DNA of 64,000 bases from Ostreococcus lucimarinus (GCA_000092065.1 CP000595.1); one strand, 5' to 3'; shown: positions 53,701 to 58,902, counted from the first letter of the stretch. The notes: a model not told the origin generated them from the sequence alone. Numbers and translations are program-made.

Positions 53701-56700
53701 CGAACAAGGGTGACTTGACGTTCAACACCGCCACCGGACAGTTTGATTATGCCCCGTATCCAAACATGATCGGCGACGACAGATTCGTGTACTTTACGTG
53801 GGATGGATACACCGGTCCAAACGAACGCCCGTTGCAGTCGAAATACGCCACTGTAGAGATTCGCATCGGCAACGGCGAGACGAATCCCGTGGCGCAAGAT
53901 ATTAACGTCGATGTGTGGGAGAACTCTGCTGAGTATTTCACGTTCAGCGCCACCGATGCAGATTCCACCAACACGGAGATGACGAACGATATTCTTCGAT
54001 ATCAAATCTTTGAAGAACCGGAGCTGAATGTTGCGGGTATTCAGCTTGACACTCAGCAAATGAGTGGAGGGAAGCGATATTCCGAAAATGCAACGTTCCA
54101 GTACACGGCGTTCTCGAGTTCTGATCTCGTCAGGCGCGTGTCAGAGCGTATGGCGAACTACGGCACCAACTTCGATTTCAACACTCTTGCGCGAGAAAAT
54201 CATCCGGGATTCAACGTGACGTCCTTCAAATATGTCGCTATCGATTTATCTGGTCGCGTTTCCAACGTCGCAAACGCCTGGGTCTGGGTTCGACTCACCT
54301 CAGAGACGAATTCTCGACCGAGTGCCAACGCGATGACGTTCACCACGCCTGAATCTGTCGGCGTGGCGAGCAATTTCGACACGGCGGATTCCGAATCCCC
54401 GTTGCAACTGAGACACACGCTCCCATCGCTCGCGTTACAGCCGACGCTCGGCGTCGCTGCGCAAGTCGGTATCGCTGCCTCACCCTACGGCAAGGCGTTC
54501 ACATATGAACCGTTTCCATTCTATTACGGCGTTGATGTGTTCGAATACCTCGTCACCGATCCACACGGGTCTACTTCTGATCTCACCACTATCACCGTCA
54601 CGGTCTCGCAAGTCGATCAGCCGCCACAAGGCGCATGCGGAGTGAACTCTACTCTTAAGTCCTCAGCCGATCCGACGTACGATCTCAAAGGACGAACGGC
54701 GGAACTGAGCGTGCTCATGGGTTATCAAATTATCCGCGCCAAGACGATGCGATATTTGATCAATCCCGAGCGAAGAGACTTGGAGTTTTACAATTACTTG
54801 CCCTTTATCAATGATTTGTCCAAGTTTGACAGCGTCATCGATCATCAAAATATATTTTTGTCATGTGGGTCGACTTCAGCTTTGACAACGGCTGCTATTT
54901 ATCACGACCAAGTGACCGCGGTGGCGCTCTTGGCGTACGATGTCGACCAAGCTGTGAACGACACAATACGGTACGTACTAAGTGAACTGCCGACTATAGC
55001 GTCGTCAGATGCAGCACGAGGTACAGCTGGGTACGCTGGTACTCTTTATCGATACGTCGCCCCGAATGGCACATATTACAACTCCACCGGGACGACAGTG
55101 TACTCTTACACATCAGATTCCGTCACCGGACTCACGCCGCTCGCCGCTGGTGATACCATCGGTGACGCCGCGAATGGGGCTGTAATGCTGCTTTTCAAGC
55201 CTCGAGAATACATCCACGGACCAATCACGTTCAAATGGCATGCGGTAGATACAACGACGTCGGCGCGAGGCGACGACGTCGCGATGACAATCAGTGCCAT
55301 GTGCAGAGGAGGTGAAAGCGTCAACGCTGACCATGGAGAAACGTGCGATTTGTGCCCAGTTGGTTCATTCAACTCGGCGAACATAGCCGATCAACAAAGC
55401 TGCGTGCAGTGCCCGGCGGGGAGTTACACCTCCGCCACGGGCTCGACTATTTGCGTGCCATGTCCCGCGGATACGTACGCGAGCACCGCCGGATCGCAAG
55501 TCTGTACACCATGCCCAGCGAACACGCGTTCACCATCAGGAAGCGACGACGTTTCAGATTGCCTGTGCGATATCGGTTTTGTCGTTTCGAACAGCCCGCA
55601 GTGCCATCCTTGCGCGCTCGATCGCGTCAAATGTACCGAACTCGGTCAGTACACACCTCTTCCGTACGATGGATTTTGGCAAGATAGCACAAATGGAAAA
55701 CGAAACCTCACCTGTATCCCGGGCTTGGCTTGTCAAGAGAAGTTTGATAAGGACGAAGTACGCACTGGTGCATGTGCGCAACCTCGGTTCTACGCCAATA
55801 ATGTGACAAATTCTCCCGCGTACGTCGGAGATGGTTGCTCAAAGTGTGCGAAAGATCACTATCGTTACGCGTCCTTCTGCGAAGCGTGTGACCCAGTGCA
55901 AGAAGTAAGAATCTTCTTCGTGATACTGGCGTACTGCGTTGCGCTTTACGCCATGTTCGAACTCGCAACACACCCAGCTATTCCTTCTTTGACGATTTTG
56001 CTGTCATTCACGCAAATCACTGCTCAAATGCAGTACTTTGAAATTCCGTGGCCGAAAGCGCTCGCGCGTTGGATGCAAGTCGCGTCGCTCGCCGTGGCAG
56101 ACTTACAAATCCTTGGTTTAGATTGCGTTTCGACCTGGGACTACTTCACGCGATTCGCGACGACCATGTTCGCACCTTTTGTTTGGGTGTTCGTCCTCGG
56201 CATCGCCATCATTTTACGCTGCTGGAGAGAGATTGCGAATCAAGCTTATGCGAACGTGCAGCGACGGCGACTGATTGAGCGTCGAAGACTGCTCCACGAA
56301 TTTGACGTCGACGCCAAAAAATGGACTGATCTCGCCATCGCTCGCGATGGGTTACCGTTTGATCGCCCCGATTTGAAGGGCAAAGGAGACGACTACAACG
56401 CACTTGAGCTGCATCTGTACGGCAATACTAAAAACGAAGGGTTGCGAAAAAGAGTCTTCAAAGAGGGCGTCGAAGAGTTACGCAAGGCGGATTTGCGGGC
56501 GAAAAGCTCGCAAGAACAGTCCAAGACTGAGCGAAAGCTGAGGCAAACCAAGGATGAAATAGAAGAGCTCGAAAAGCAAAAGGCTGTGAGCGCCAGAATC
56601 ATCCGGGATAACGTCAACCGCGCCATTCCTTCGCTCGTCATCGTCATGTGGTGGGGTTACATGCTCTTGAGCCGCACCGCGATCGAGTACTTTGAATGCA

Positions 56701-58742
56701 AAGATAACACTGAGTCGGTGTTATTGGTGGCGGATCCACAGATAAGATGCAATTTTGATAAGCACTTGCAGTGGAAGCCTGTTGCGTTGATTGGTTTCAT
56801 TCTCTATCCGGTTGGTTTGTTCCTTGCCGCATTTGGCTGGCTTTACGTCCATCGATCAAGCTCAAAGACGCGACCGCGCGTGCACGTCTTGGCCACGAGA
56901 GCGTCTCAGATTGAGAAGGCTCGCGCCGATCAGGTTGAACAATTCAATGCACGTTACGGTATGATGTACAACTGCCTTCGTCCACAATTTTATCTATGGA
57001 TATGTGTTGACCTAGGCAAAAAGTTTTCCATCGTTGGCGTCAAGGTTTTGTTCCCGAACGACATTTTGTTGCAATCATTCGTCTCGATGGTTGTCTTCGT
57101 AACTTTCGGGATCATGAGCACGAGGAATCCTTACGTGAGTGTGAACTTGAACGTAGCGGAAATGCTTGCGACATTCATGAACTCAATCACGCTCATCGCA
57201 GGGTTCTACTTCCAGCTTGGTATCATGGATGACGTGTCTACGCAGATCGCCACGTACGTTATCATCAGTGGTTTGGCTGGCACGACGATTGTCTTGACCG
57301 TCATCGTCGTCGTCGAGTTTTTCCCATGGATGAAGCGCTTGTTTTTCTTGCTCAAGTACAACACGCAAACCGATATTTACAAACCAGATAAAATCGGCAC
57401 GCACGAAAGTGGACCGCAAGGAACTTCGTGCTACATTTTTGCTTCAGATTCAGCGTTCAGATACTGGTGCTGGCGCACAGTTCGTCATCCAGTTTTTGAC
57501 CGTCTCATCACAGCCACCGTGATGATGAGCGTCGGTTGTCTCATTTCGGAGTCTGTCTTATACGACGAAACTTTCACGTCATCTGCGTACGTGCGCATCG
57601 TGTGGTTCAATTCGTTCATGAACGGTATCTTTGTTTTGGAAGCTGCCGTGAAAATCATTGCCATGGGTTTCATCCTTGGCGATGGCGCGTACCTGCGCGA
57701 TACTTTCAACTGCATCGACTTTTTAGTCATCATGTTGCAGTTCATTCTCTTCGCAGTGAACATCACGACGAATGTCACCGGTGCGAGAAGTGCGAGATTT
57801 GTCAAATTCGCGCGCGTGGCGAAGGTCAGAGTCATTCGCGTCTTCCGAAGATTCCTGCAGTTTAACGCCGTCCGCGGCGAGAAATTCCGTCTGATGCTAC
57901 TTGAGGCGAAGGCGGAGGACACGCCCGCGCTCAGCGAGAGCATCGAGCGACTTCGCGTGGTTTTTGAACCACGCAGTGCCGAGACGATGGAATACAACTT
58001 GCGGGTGCTACAGCCCGATGTTTTGCGCGTCGCCCAAGGACTGATTGACGAGCTTTACCAAGAAAAGTTTGATCCTGAATTGGTCGCCGTGTACGAATCT
58101 CAAACCGACGCCGTGCATCAGATGGTGCAGAAGCAATATCACGACATCGTGTACGAATGGCTCGCTTTCGTGGCAGAACCTGGGCAAAAGCGCGCATTTT
58201 TGGCCACGCTGAAGAACATCCGAGACGTCGCCCTGGATCTCGGTCCTGAGGGCATCGCCAAAGAAATGCTTCGTCAAAAGTACGACATCGCCGCCATTCT
58301 CAACACGGCGTTGTACAAGGTTCCAGCCGATGTCAAGACGGACACGCGAGCGTATAAACGAAAGATTGCGAAAGACGCCAAGTCATTCACCAGCACAAAG
58401 GCAACCATCAGCAAACAATTCAACGCCTTCCAGGCTTCCATGCAAAGTGACGACCGCGTCGAAGATGCACTCAACCAGTTGCCGCTGCACTCGGTGGAGG
58501 AAGACAGCGCTCTCGCCAAACGGCGCGCCGAGAACGCGAGCGTGCGCATTCGTAACCGCTCGCTCAATGCGAGTGCAAAAGAGAAAATCATCCAAGATGA
58601 TCTTCAACAGAAAACCTCAGGCGCGGGCGAGCTCCTCGCAGCGGCGTCTAGCGTCGTCGCTGAAGACGACGTCGCTCCCGCCGCGCCGGCACCGGTGAAA
58701 TCGTCCGGATTGTTGGCGCGTTTCCGAAAGAAAAAGACGTGA
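35778..58742 (+). CDS. Giant mosaic membrane protein B (7,654 aa from the ATG at 35778; 7,684 aa from 35688). Order of parts: signal-anchor, PSI x2, EGF-like array, kringle, very long beta-sandwich/Ig-like ectodomain with SMB, ShKT-like and LNR-like inserts, cadherin-like 'VNDPP' modules, ephrin-receptor-like Cys repeats, about 10-TM module, S1-S4 voltage-sensor domain, helical cytosolic tail
   Basis: A single uninterrupted 23-kb ORF with ordinary amino-acid composition throughout. Domain evidence is given in the sub-features and findings. The hydrophobic N-terminus MIAIALFAALGGATPGRA follows both candidate ATGs. Confidence 0.9.
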   Translation: MATATAPTPTRSARTPSAWTRTAMIAIALFAALGGATPGRAAFTADVCYGASWEPTATATKASIGKTVKPVTAVPKEHPLFVDAFAKACLDVGNAAGNTSAATTVRLPKRTNAGNETYWSNAAGACATSPTVSAGQLFYNRAEMGSTLSYADSNTGLEKDKTVRIVFVNDDGKGAHVVVLAGARAATGSSSPEVGLMMEGGSLKNSANVVIEEPRGLTNVVTSGSGCDPSVSSASDCYELDTDLGLGKFRWGSGSDQRGIVIGHVADVNSEFAMKFTLLERIDSVEIGSFDDATFAMSWETIPTASALRGFKIRSATCTNHCALHATCASCATDDACGYCSATKTCTKIDGSCSSGFDVIGECLDTCGAALTCGECADQSGCGWCHTTGRCTAAQLDGSAPQDGNCSAFSVGSSAQCATCPGAVTSTMLPAYVDVDRVSAFCNGRGTCDNITRTCTCSSGYGGDGCEKMCPGGASNPCSRNGLCDSASGSCFCNPGYVGSRCNAATIVGTCECGSAHTYLKSDGTQQRVCSGRLDSSGSCVCLEGWSGVNCTVACAGTLTVGTEVCGGHGTCNVGTGQCDCEPCYSRDATSGLCVQDTCSTCDSSNGVCSCVSGSMQCACRGAFDGYACDQCKCGDHGRCNALSGECECDAGYAGELCERLIEPQPTCANGGTWNAALKRCECAGGYTGTLCDAACTTNPCNDLCSGHGTVNVDGTSCTCFTGFSGSTCNTCATGYGPYPKCGATLANGECTDNIVAYTGTTNVTISGKQCQSWSSQSPFAHTYASSSGSTSNECRNPSSDAHPWCYVDHTAITGSYTRGEPRWEFCSVPTCKSAYVNPQKICGVFGGETVVTFDKDSTSGALNAVSQQALTTTNDAVDKTNCGAMNLTNNDITLHANAAAHGDFVARFAEDSGTGYARRIITHIGLKASVSPAHDSVEVHADGTVKVNSVTKTNDLPYSDGSTGVLCVSDWMPVSSGLASTELLQITISETTVANITKFTACTGCAAQLIVVISVPNSVTSTGICATAGSATSVNFDENAEGSAPWGVGAALNAACGTDTHDPGSVSTVQAKWCDQCQYLGEVYDSCVAQMANEGFNFARAAVIEGCRMAFVAIYGYDRTIPSYLTATASTGATLADTVYPYRSYTPSDVQFKSLSDNRLAFDVLDVTETLPEYIVGTTRTDGSRTRMTGLPREFTGETDTTQVFPFPRIEDSCRTASDIGSTSGYRVYTMNYASATDEALEITMCGSATGTNVGVYTKDFVDIPSADWTHNTTSANGNITFTFTPWIDGLATYEARFEYSLASTKKNVTFDVTRTSANVNIGSFEFYPPTASDSYGSVGFEFSVPSAEAAATVSFTMSPTGTGDSTAANSAFISLTAVFIHAKNYAQASLNYPPFGGFKQVSCANFQAASCGSLKFTATQKTYYIVVSGQKFVSGAYSMQIKKLSADLTTVYTVSSNAATSLVRPLTGLDGAADGTLTPYKVAKYGDNIRVVVRASHAIDRPRITLGNYAVPSSKIVSAGAGAEYSATVTVSASMATSGHITVKVEQASTLTSASYGFKTSTHPLGSDIALVVLDNTAPTVSHAWVVNPSYMLAPSSAPSSCTNLTTSTGKDVNVTAAKYAKAGDYIAVIFTPSENVATIGGTIGGQAATKWVRATAPRDVTLAIDAYKITMSAAYVDAAYALVNDITLSDGVLPFSITFTDAVGNVGTTINSAINSLTGVTASSPLADRLSAARLLYDKSPPRPDSWSLRYASSSEMTGNQGSKPVYYHGFDNVASSAKEYRIGDTLVLTGTWTEYVSRPYGAYMRSSASSGVHVPQSAITITEQGGKLTGKLECMAKEFRPRAQEAVSTAQGFGGTSYVTSTYHKSWKVEANTIDPCDIVGKGALAWSARADCQAEHYAGNSLWIPLWSAWCRHGWGTLGYAVLGGVDPAGNSATALRQVSKSPNNADATVVIASSAVAGDAIIRTPIPIAGKIVPSWMNSVPRGDWTADPKVIEVYIEPQNVRWNEYRRVVKVGDMLQIQFYTDQPVKGVRALIGDDKALPPATHSEVASAMNVERPCSSDPDMQTWLGARGLLALAAEEYNDGSQFSNDDDWFDWLVQTSYNYRQPVPNVPNYPNAAVTCTGFWVQRGLRPNGKRYSVRRLCPNRYYLRRSSFAAQAPLTCSDPNDRIYKATDAYNYWVINFRYVTSHQVVNGDGALQIKWQLTTMDDRVLPTGGGWQTSAAFFTSADTSADVNHLKPTSTDAVGAAFDPAISCGRNADTAFNQAGSAVWAVQDTLAPSCASFVTDGSCASTTVARVANSSGTTFPTVTNPATNVAEHVAVVGDYITLIITFDEHIAAGVYVTLNDGVLTARATKVDKYSATFTFEVTQTLAALNTFLEYKVYNLKDIQEANTATATFTTNVFNAEKIRLQSASELTAFSLTNGACSTTSNNVNNQYAKNGNTVNVSVTLPLPPSSANTVLTIHESKLAGVYVTPPTPTCVGTPNACTITMARTVDSLSADFVDGSVVSWSLVVIGTTKCAHHASSLCITRFKLTSCRPTFASEVVLDFTPPSLTSVRLSEPVTSASLVNGTGQVKVDVVSSEQLYTLTYTLDTRGPLCTYDFGMVSAQSMTLTTDGTLTGTHTKTITATYNSASLHCVLEVICITFVGEDMAGHKLTNPTTCRSFSPTDSEDYPGWFMLHNVGTGPSSVSLARPLGLHCMDSSVDTQACANSASVTSTTLEYGNYLALDVSSGYPIGITDISVDGHSVYAATGFGSSTFQNDNAWTIDCSDLVRDDLCVRFATSATCQAYLCPTCQYAGMCDFSCGYCDSRRAFSKTHKLTLKTTDFGLPATDFTNEVVTVSYRTNPAIAPAATMNSTDTLTYTAPTTSSCAGRCGGTAPSGCECNPTCKSRGTCCADAGHCCTVGLPSTGALNVDGGCLRPNAVTLSVTKESWGVDTKGVRKSNVNRYSTIYIKLTGNKPIDVRRVLIGGVLVPDSDVAIEYNSQTSARQSLNEALVAYGNGNDAQFTSKSAAFAGSLATLPSAAYSWDGNEFSIAFPDIPSTLVATIRVNGANLVPQPDGALTYEVVYRERSGAPYFTDNTELTLTGTGPTWLNPPSISSVSYVLLNSSSTCDLSTPGTPVTAAGNGLTKIEIGHQLRTVVTFSSPVVVRKWTVEGAETNCYGTCHLHGLCKLDPHILPPDEHDEAEYITTWTSCRTFDAKEMTTLENLECGVREFIRAVDRSGNLVMGERWNNLYCFTLPPAIPSQGLIKVRGLTSCYRSTTTKKFGPGCIATIHIEADGEIMEPTVKWWNTATNAYANFPSACVMTATDPTSPSSLVWTLTCAGTAAATFPPSNSYTLQLEVSDVRATDESTFTGTARDTDDGYLGSDKDPIIVDNLAPTPTATVPLSCALVIGSQSTITVTYAVEPSWRPTVSAFGAQVGGVIAQTGALSGFHTVWIAPITVPSDWLGGSPMPFVITNGEDEYGNIDTTSHGNYLSNDNVLTGDVNCSVNVDAPRVTSATCASPSPRVVKPGGSVTVDFSTNVAVTIPSGCVKISGVTVTPTDLGGSKKSWRATATIPSDPPACDGEVALSICAEITDTGNNTGVEVVTQFFGPESEACLIDGTAPVLQLIDFTSDNTYDSKLATVGDTVRLYFEASEMITAPTITLFATATPSATAVETSGPSRRRFPSTVLNAGGTQYATIWTAEYVVDGTTPVGALTWDATGFMDRATNDGTKSACADWNPPSCSIVHAAQTTAQRALEPSINFVGDVVQTFNNFLTTSPSGNVSTLFSCYANSSSTSLSALNLAILKTDLSRHDIVAGGIFQHHLMTAQDLWWQRGGACGTANGLMCRSTCGRCNDAAVVVHRTTTTLTVANVTAGGTAIPGDQCPGGVGTCMCNPTLGDQSEARYIVSTSARDLVSKPTIRFNDTSGTVYTVPEANIVAVSPVMWPTLPTVDCLSESTVRDGVCDPSATLNNRDGCWDGGDCCQDTCRQVFSDGAYCQAQDCRDHSISPVTGRPTSGFWSSYNAKALVARELSVEWKVTFPVDDTLPLIDGVLTGTACCMQDKSGLDVLHANKGTFVAGAPCLDAVLTRDTSCLLRAALTADNGEFVVKENQPVSLTLEFEGNPRGMNCTIGGESVTMTQTRAASSGVTALWSTTRTSVNAVDTAIATRIAASEEQKRRHELLPEVFELNLWANCSRGVTIPFECSISDCGGNLFEITDAVDPTSDVCFDYVRPDATSIGQTSSNTCSNAYAKVGDTLILNVTMDADVSNPTAYTLAGEACTLRTFGTNAFTCDVVVSSTTIEGPANFTFDGIKSSVPAYLDAVNTSYTELKTLSPDGVVTLGGDRVIIDRTAPTFDSLAMYSLEVANKTCQKRCTVRVAIDAAEELSSCTATIGGITANITGTGSERVAEAYIDENSGIAAGEITFSVICLDLACNSVTTSTLVGDTDAVIYSLDRDIPLEVLFYSDRPGHLEIGNENDCLMMEMRFLLAVELKAIVMGNITNNALSLWNITTTGGALVVPGTTHTYYLITHCITDAWGTEDWPVVPWSFTYDDGLQDVVWNTTFTSDVNFPRVVRLDLEDPVATYVYAFTTGANDPSAGLGDALYLDIIASEAVVAPTVTFGGVTLNATDVSQVGTSSEWRAGPYIVKNSTDDPNILKDINDCFLFSVTLKDLVDHTSILYSQQVNATGSLNCVTQRVDIDQDAPTIVWLQTEYVTATTVDFTFAVDELSNVSYVVLPRGAVEPTPLEVQAGTGAAGTGAVASGVKEYLGSSTPSPGAGAGGKGQDVLNITGLLAGTNYDVWFVPFDRFGNSQTEAQSRWIRTVGLDMLINSLATQEGGYTDVIQVKLTQVPTADVSVTISERSGIGNVVLVDQALSLTDYVSSVTLVFTPITWNVAQEVGVKAVDDIYVEDQHTEELKFDVRSLDVRYDALVDPNRTVVIADNDECGVIVYDPNNRPLERTLSCSANAVIALLNYSVAEDTTVYADIYLQAAVRGDDVRVTLTSSDLTQISSPASVTLTFNETNYNLAQRVPIIPVYSCVAALDRYVPIAVSVESATTCGDLVVPEIPVYVTDLQKVGLAFTKAQITGPPGSNYEFDMYLTSQPTSDVQVSLATLPDAFGADLYGSASFNCGAQGPVWTFSADECSVPVTCIVTLVGDDTKCGDVTLQVGAKVTSLDSMYNGISSSPPNMTILETANAAGWYIRNADNTEFIVTPPDAPNGTLPLEPWKVNEQIETGIYTITPTTALCKTVTLRPYIPDTDYARYATISPRQVTLEAGFFGPTKFKVIFPRNYNVPVTNDIVQIWHDVVYGTDDPDYLALSPNLGGSALPVEIVEYDVAGLLLGNGAENTVLIDEPCSTDVTTQVSSLGFTLSSAPSATVVVSLSEMNYNATQLAILKANKHLVLGTTSLSFTPNNWNIPQPVMVSAISYDNLTEARTAYVCGDMTSDDDVYQALNQTCYPVHICDCSGSCGLISFDDHANCTFAADQLNNTEITFPPSMKQLSSCWNISATCGGIQVASLSAAGHDPVMTNFTTLPDSEAYSVSLDKVQRLFYTTQWSVIDKLELPLSLIDGGMQGLTDASGTYCLGISSSSFVVNNTANGGLFVEKAAPMSAFANSFEILPAAANTFDSDVYILEVRVLAGASPLTDSYSLNCTDGGNFSAPGGCIIGPSLRGYFNNATQVMTFTNTAYLPEADLANAAGRKLLGKYPYPSQRRRLLQAPAAPAPASTSQFVWAVNNITFSDISLDPTGATRMMNTRVVDQFGAIVEGPILNIDTEGVNDPPIIDIDLPLIYTEKESLTLNAPLQAYDVDNYNWTQCVVNITDIANNFMAGDTFSYNKTAIVEYYQYWNTSLPAGFVDIDATFTDSQRTVTFAGLAPPAAYLRAMRNLVLLNAGPAMTADDRYIMFCCQDPEALNNKGCGLQRVVFQPVNDPPLAENKIVYLADPRVGGLTGETVPGSDPDGDTFTFNISCLPNKGDLTFNTATGQFDYAPYPNMIGDDRFVYFTWDGYTGPNERPLQSKYATVEIRIGNGETNPVAQDINVDVWENSAEYFTFSATDADSTNTEMTNDILRYQIFEEPELNVAGIQLDTQQMSGGKRYSENATFQYTAFSSSDLVRRVSERMANYGTNFDFNTLARENHPGFNVTSFKYVAIDLSGRVSNVANAWVWVRLTSETNSRPSANAMTFTTPESVGVASNFDTADSESPLQLRHTLPSLALQPTLGVAAQVGIAASPYGKAFTYEPFPFYYGVDVFEYLVTDPHGSTSDLTTITVTVSQVDQPPQGACGVNSTLKSSADPTYDLKGRTAELSVLMGYQIIRAKTMRYLINPERRDLEFYNYLPFINDLSKFDSVIDHQNIFLSCGSTSALTTAAIYHDQVTAVALLAYDVDQAVNDTIRYVLSELPTIASSDAARGTAGYAGTLYRYVAPNGTYYNSTGTTVYSYTSDSVTGLTPLAAGDTIGDAANGAVMLLFKPREYIHGPITFKWHAVDTTTSARGDDVAMTISAMCRGGESVNADHGETCDLCPVGSFNSANIADQQSCVQCPAGSYTSATGSTICVPCPADTYASTAGSQVCTPCPANTRSPSGSDDVSDCLCDIGFVVSNSPQCHPCALDRVKCTELGQYTPLPYDGFWQDSTNGKRNLTCIPGLACQEKFDKDEVRTGACAQPRFYANNVTNSPAYVGDGCSKCAKDHYRYASFCEACDPVQEVRIFFVILAYCVALYAMFELATHPAIPSLTILLSFTQITAQMQYFEIPWPKALARWMQVASLAVADLQILGLDCVSTWDYFTRFATTMFAPFVWVFVLGIAIILRCWREIANQAYANVQRRRLIERRRLLHEFDVDAKKWTDLAIARDGLPFDRPDLKGKGDDYNALELHLYGNTKNEGLRKRVFKEGVEELRKADLRAKSSQEQSKTERKLRQTKDEIEELEKQKAVSARIIRDNVNRAIPSLVIVMWWGYMLLSRTAIEYFECKDNTESVLLVADPQIRCNFDKHLQWKPVALIGFILYPVGLFLAAFGWLYVHRSSSKTRPRVHVLATRASQIEKARADQVEQFNARYGMMYNCLRPQFYLWICVDLGKKFSIVGVKVLFPNDILLQSFVSMVVFVTFGIMSTRNPYVSVNLNVAEMLATFMNSITLIAGFYFQLGIMDDVSTQIATYVIISGLAGTTIVLTVIVVVEFFPWMKRLFFLLKYNTQTDIYKPDKIGTHESGPQGTSCYIFASDSAFRYWCWRTVRHPVFDRLITATVMMSVGCLISESVLYDETFTSSAYVRIVWFNSFMNGIFVLEAAVKIIAMGFILGDGAYLRDTFNCIDFLVIMLQFILFAVNITTNVTGARSARFVKFARVAKVRVIRVFRRFLQFNAVRGEKFRLMLLEAKAEDTPALSESIERLRVVFEPRSAETMEYNLRVLQPDVLRVAQGLIDELYQEKFDPELVAVYESQTDAVHQMVQKQYHDIVYEWLAFVAEPGQKRAFLATLKNIRDVALDLGPEGIAKEMLRQKYDIAAILNTALYKVPADVKTDTRAYKRKIAKDAKSFTSTKATISKQFNAFQASMQSDDRVEDALNQLPLHSVEEDSALAKRRAENASVRIRNRSLNASAKEKIIQDDLQQKTSGAGELLAAASSVVAEDDVAPAAPAPVKSSGLLARFRKKKT
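38037..38273 (+). other. Kringle domain
   Basis: The sequence is CTDNIVAYTGTTNVTISGKQCQSWSSQSPFAHTYASSSGSTSNECRNPSSDAHPWCYVDHTAITGSYTRGEPRWEFCSVPTC. It has six Cys in kringle spacing plus the hallmark strings Y-x-G, CQxW, NxCRNP, PWCY and WExCxxPxC. Confidence 0.8.
44406..44507 (+). other. Somatomedin-B (SMB) domain
   Basis: The sequence is SCAGRCGGTAPSGCECNPTCKSRGTCCADAGHCC. Its eight Cys have the spacing C-x3-C-x7-C-x-C-x3-C-x5-CC-x5-C, which is the SMB pattern. Confidence 0.75.
47625..47729 (+). other. LNR-like (Notch/LIN-12 repeat-like) module
   Basis: The sequence is CLSESTVRDGVCDPSATLNNRDGCWDGGDCCQDTC. It contains DGxCD and the CxWDGGDC signature typical of LNR modules. The Cys count is not fully canonical. 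Confidence 0.5.
57456..57860 (+). other. Voltage-sensor domain (S1-S4 of the voltage-gated cation channel superfamily) with no pore domain after it
   Basis: S1 is FRYWCWRTVRHPVFDRLITATVMMSVGCLISESV. S2 is VWFNSFMNGIFVLEAAVKIIAMGF. S3 is YLRDTFNCIDFLVIMLQFILF. S4 is RSARFVKFARVAKVRVIRVFRRF, with R/K at every third residue. The downstream 290 codons are hydrophilic. Confidence 0.75.
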
Positions 58743-58902
58743 TCGTCATCAAACAAAGTTCAATTATTAATTTACCCCACTAGCGGCGCTTGGGATCACG
58801 ACATTAGCGCCTTGATCCTTGTTATAACGCACCACAGTTATACCGCGCCGACGCGCCGCACACGCCGCCTCGCTCGACGCACCCGATGGCGTGAATCCCG
58901 GA

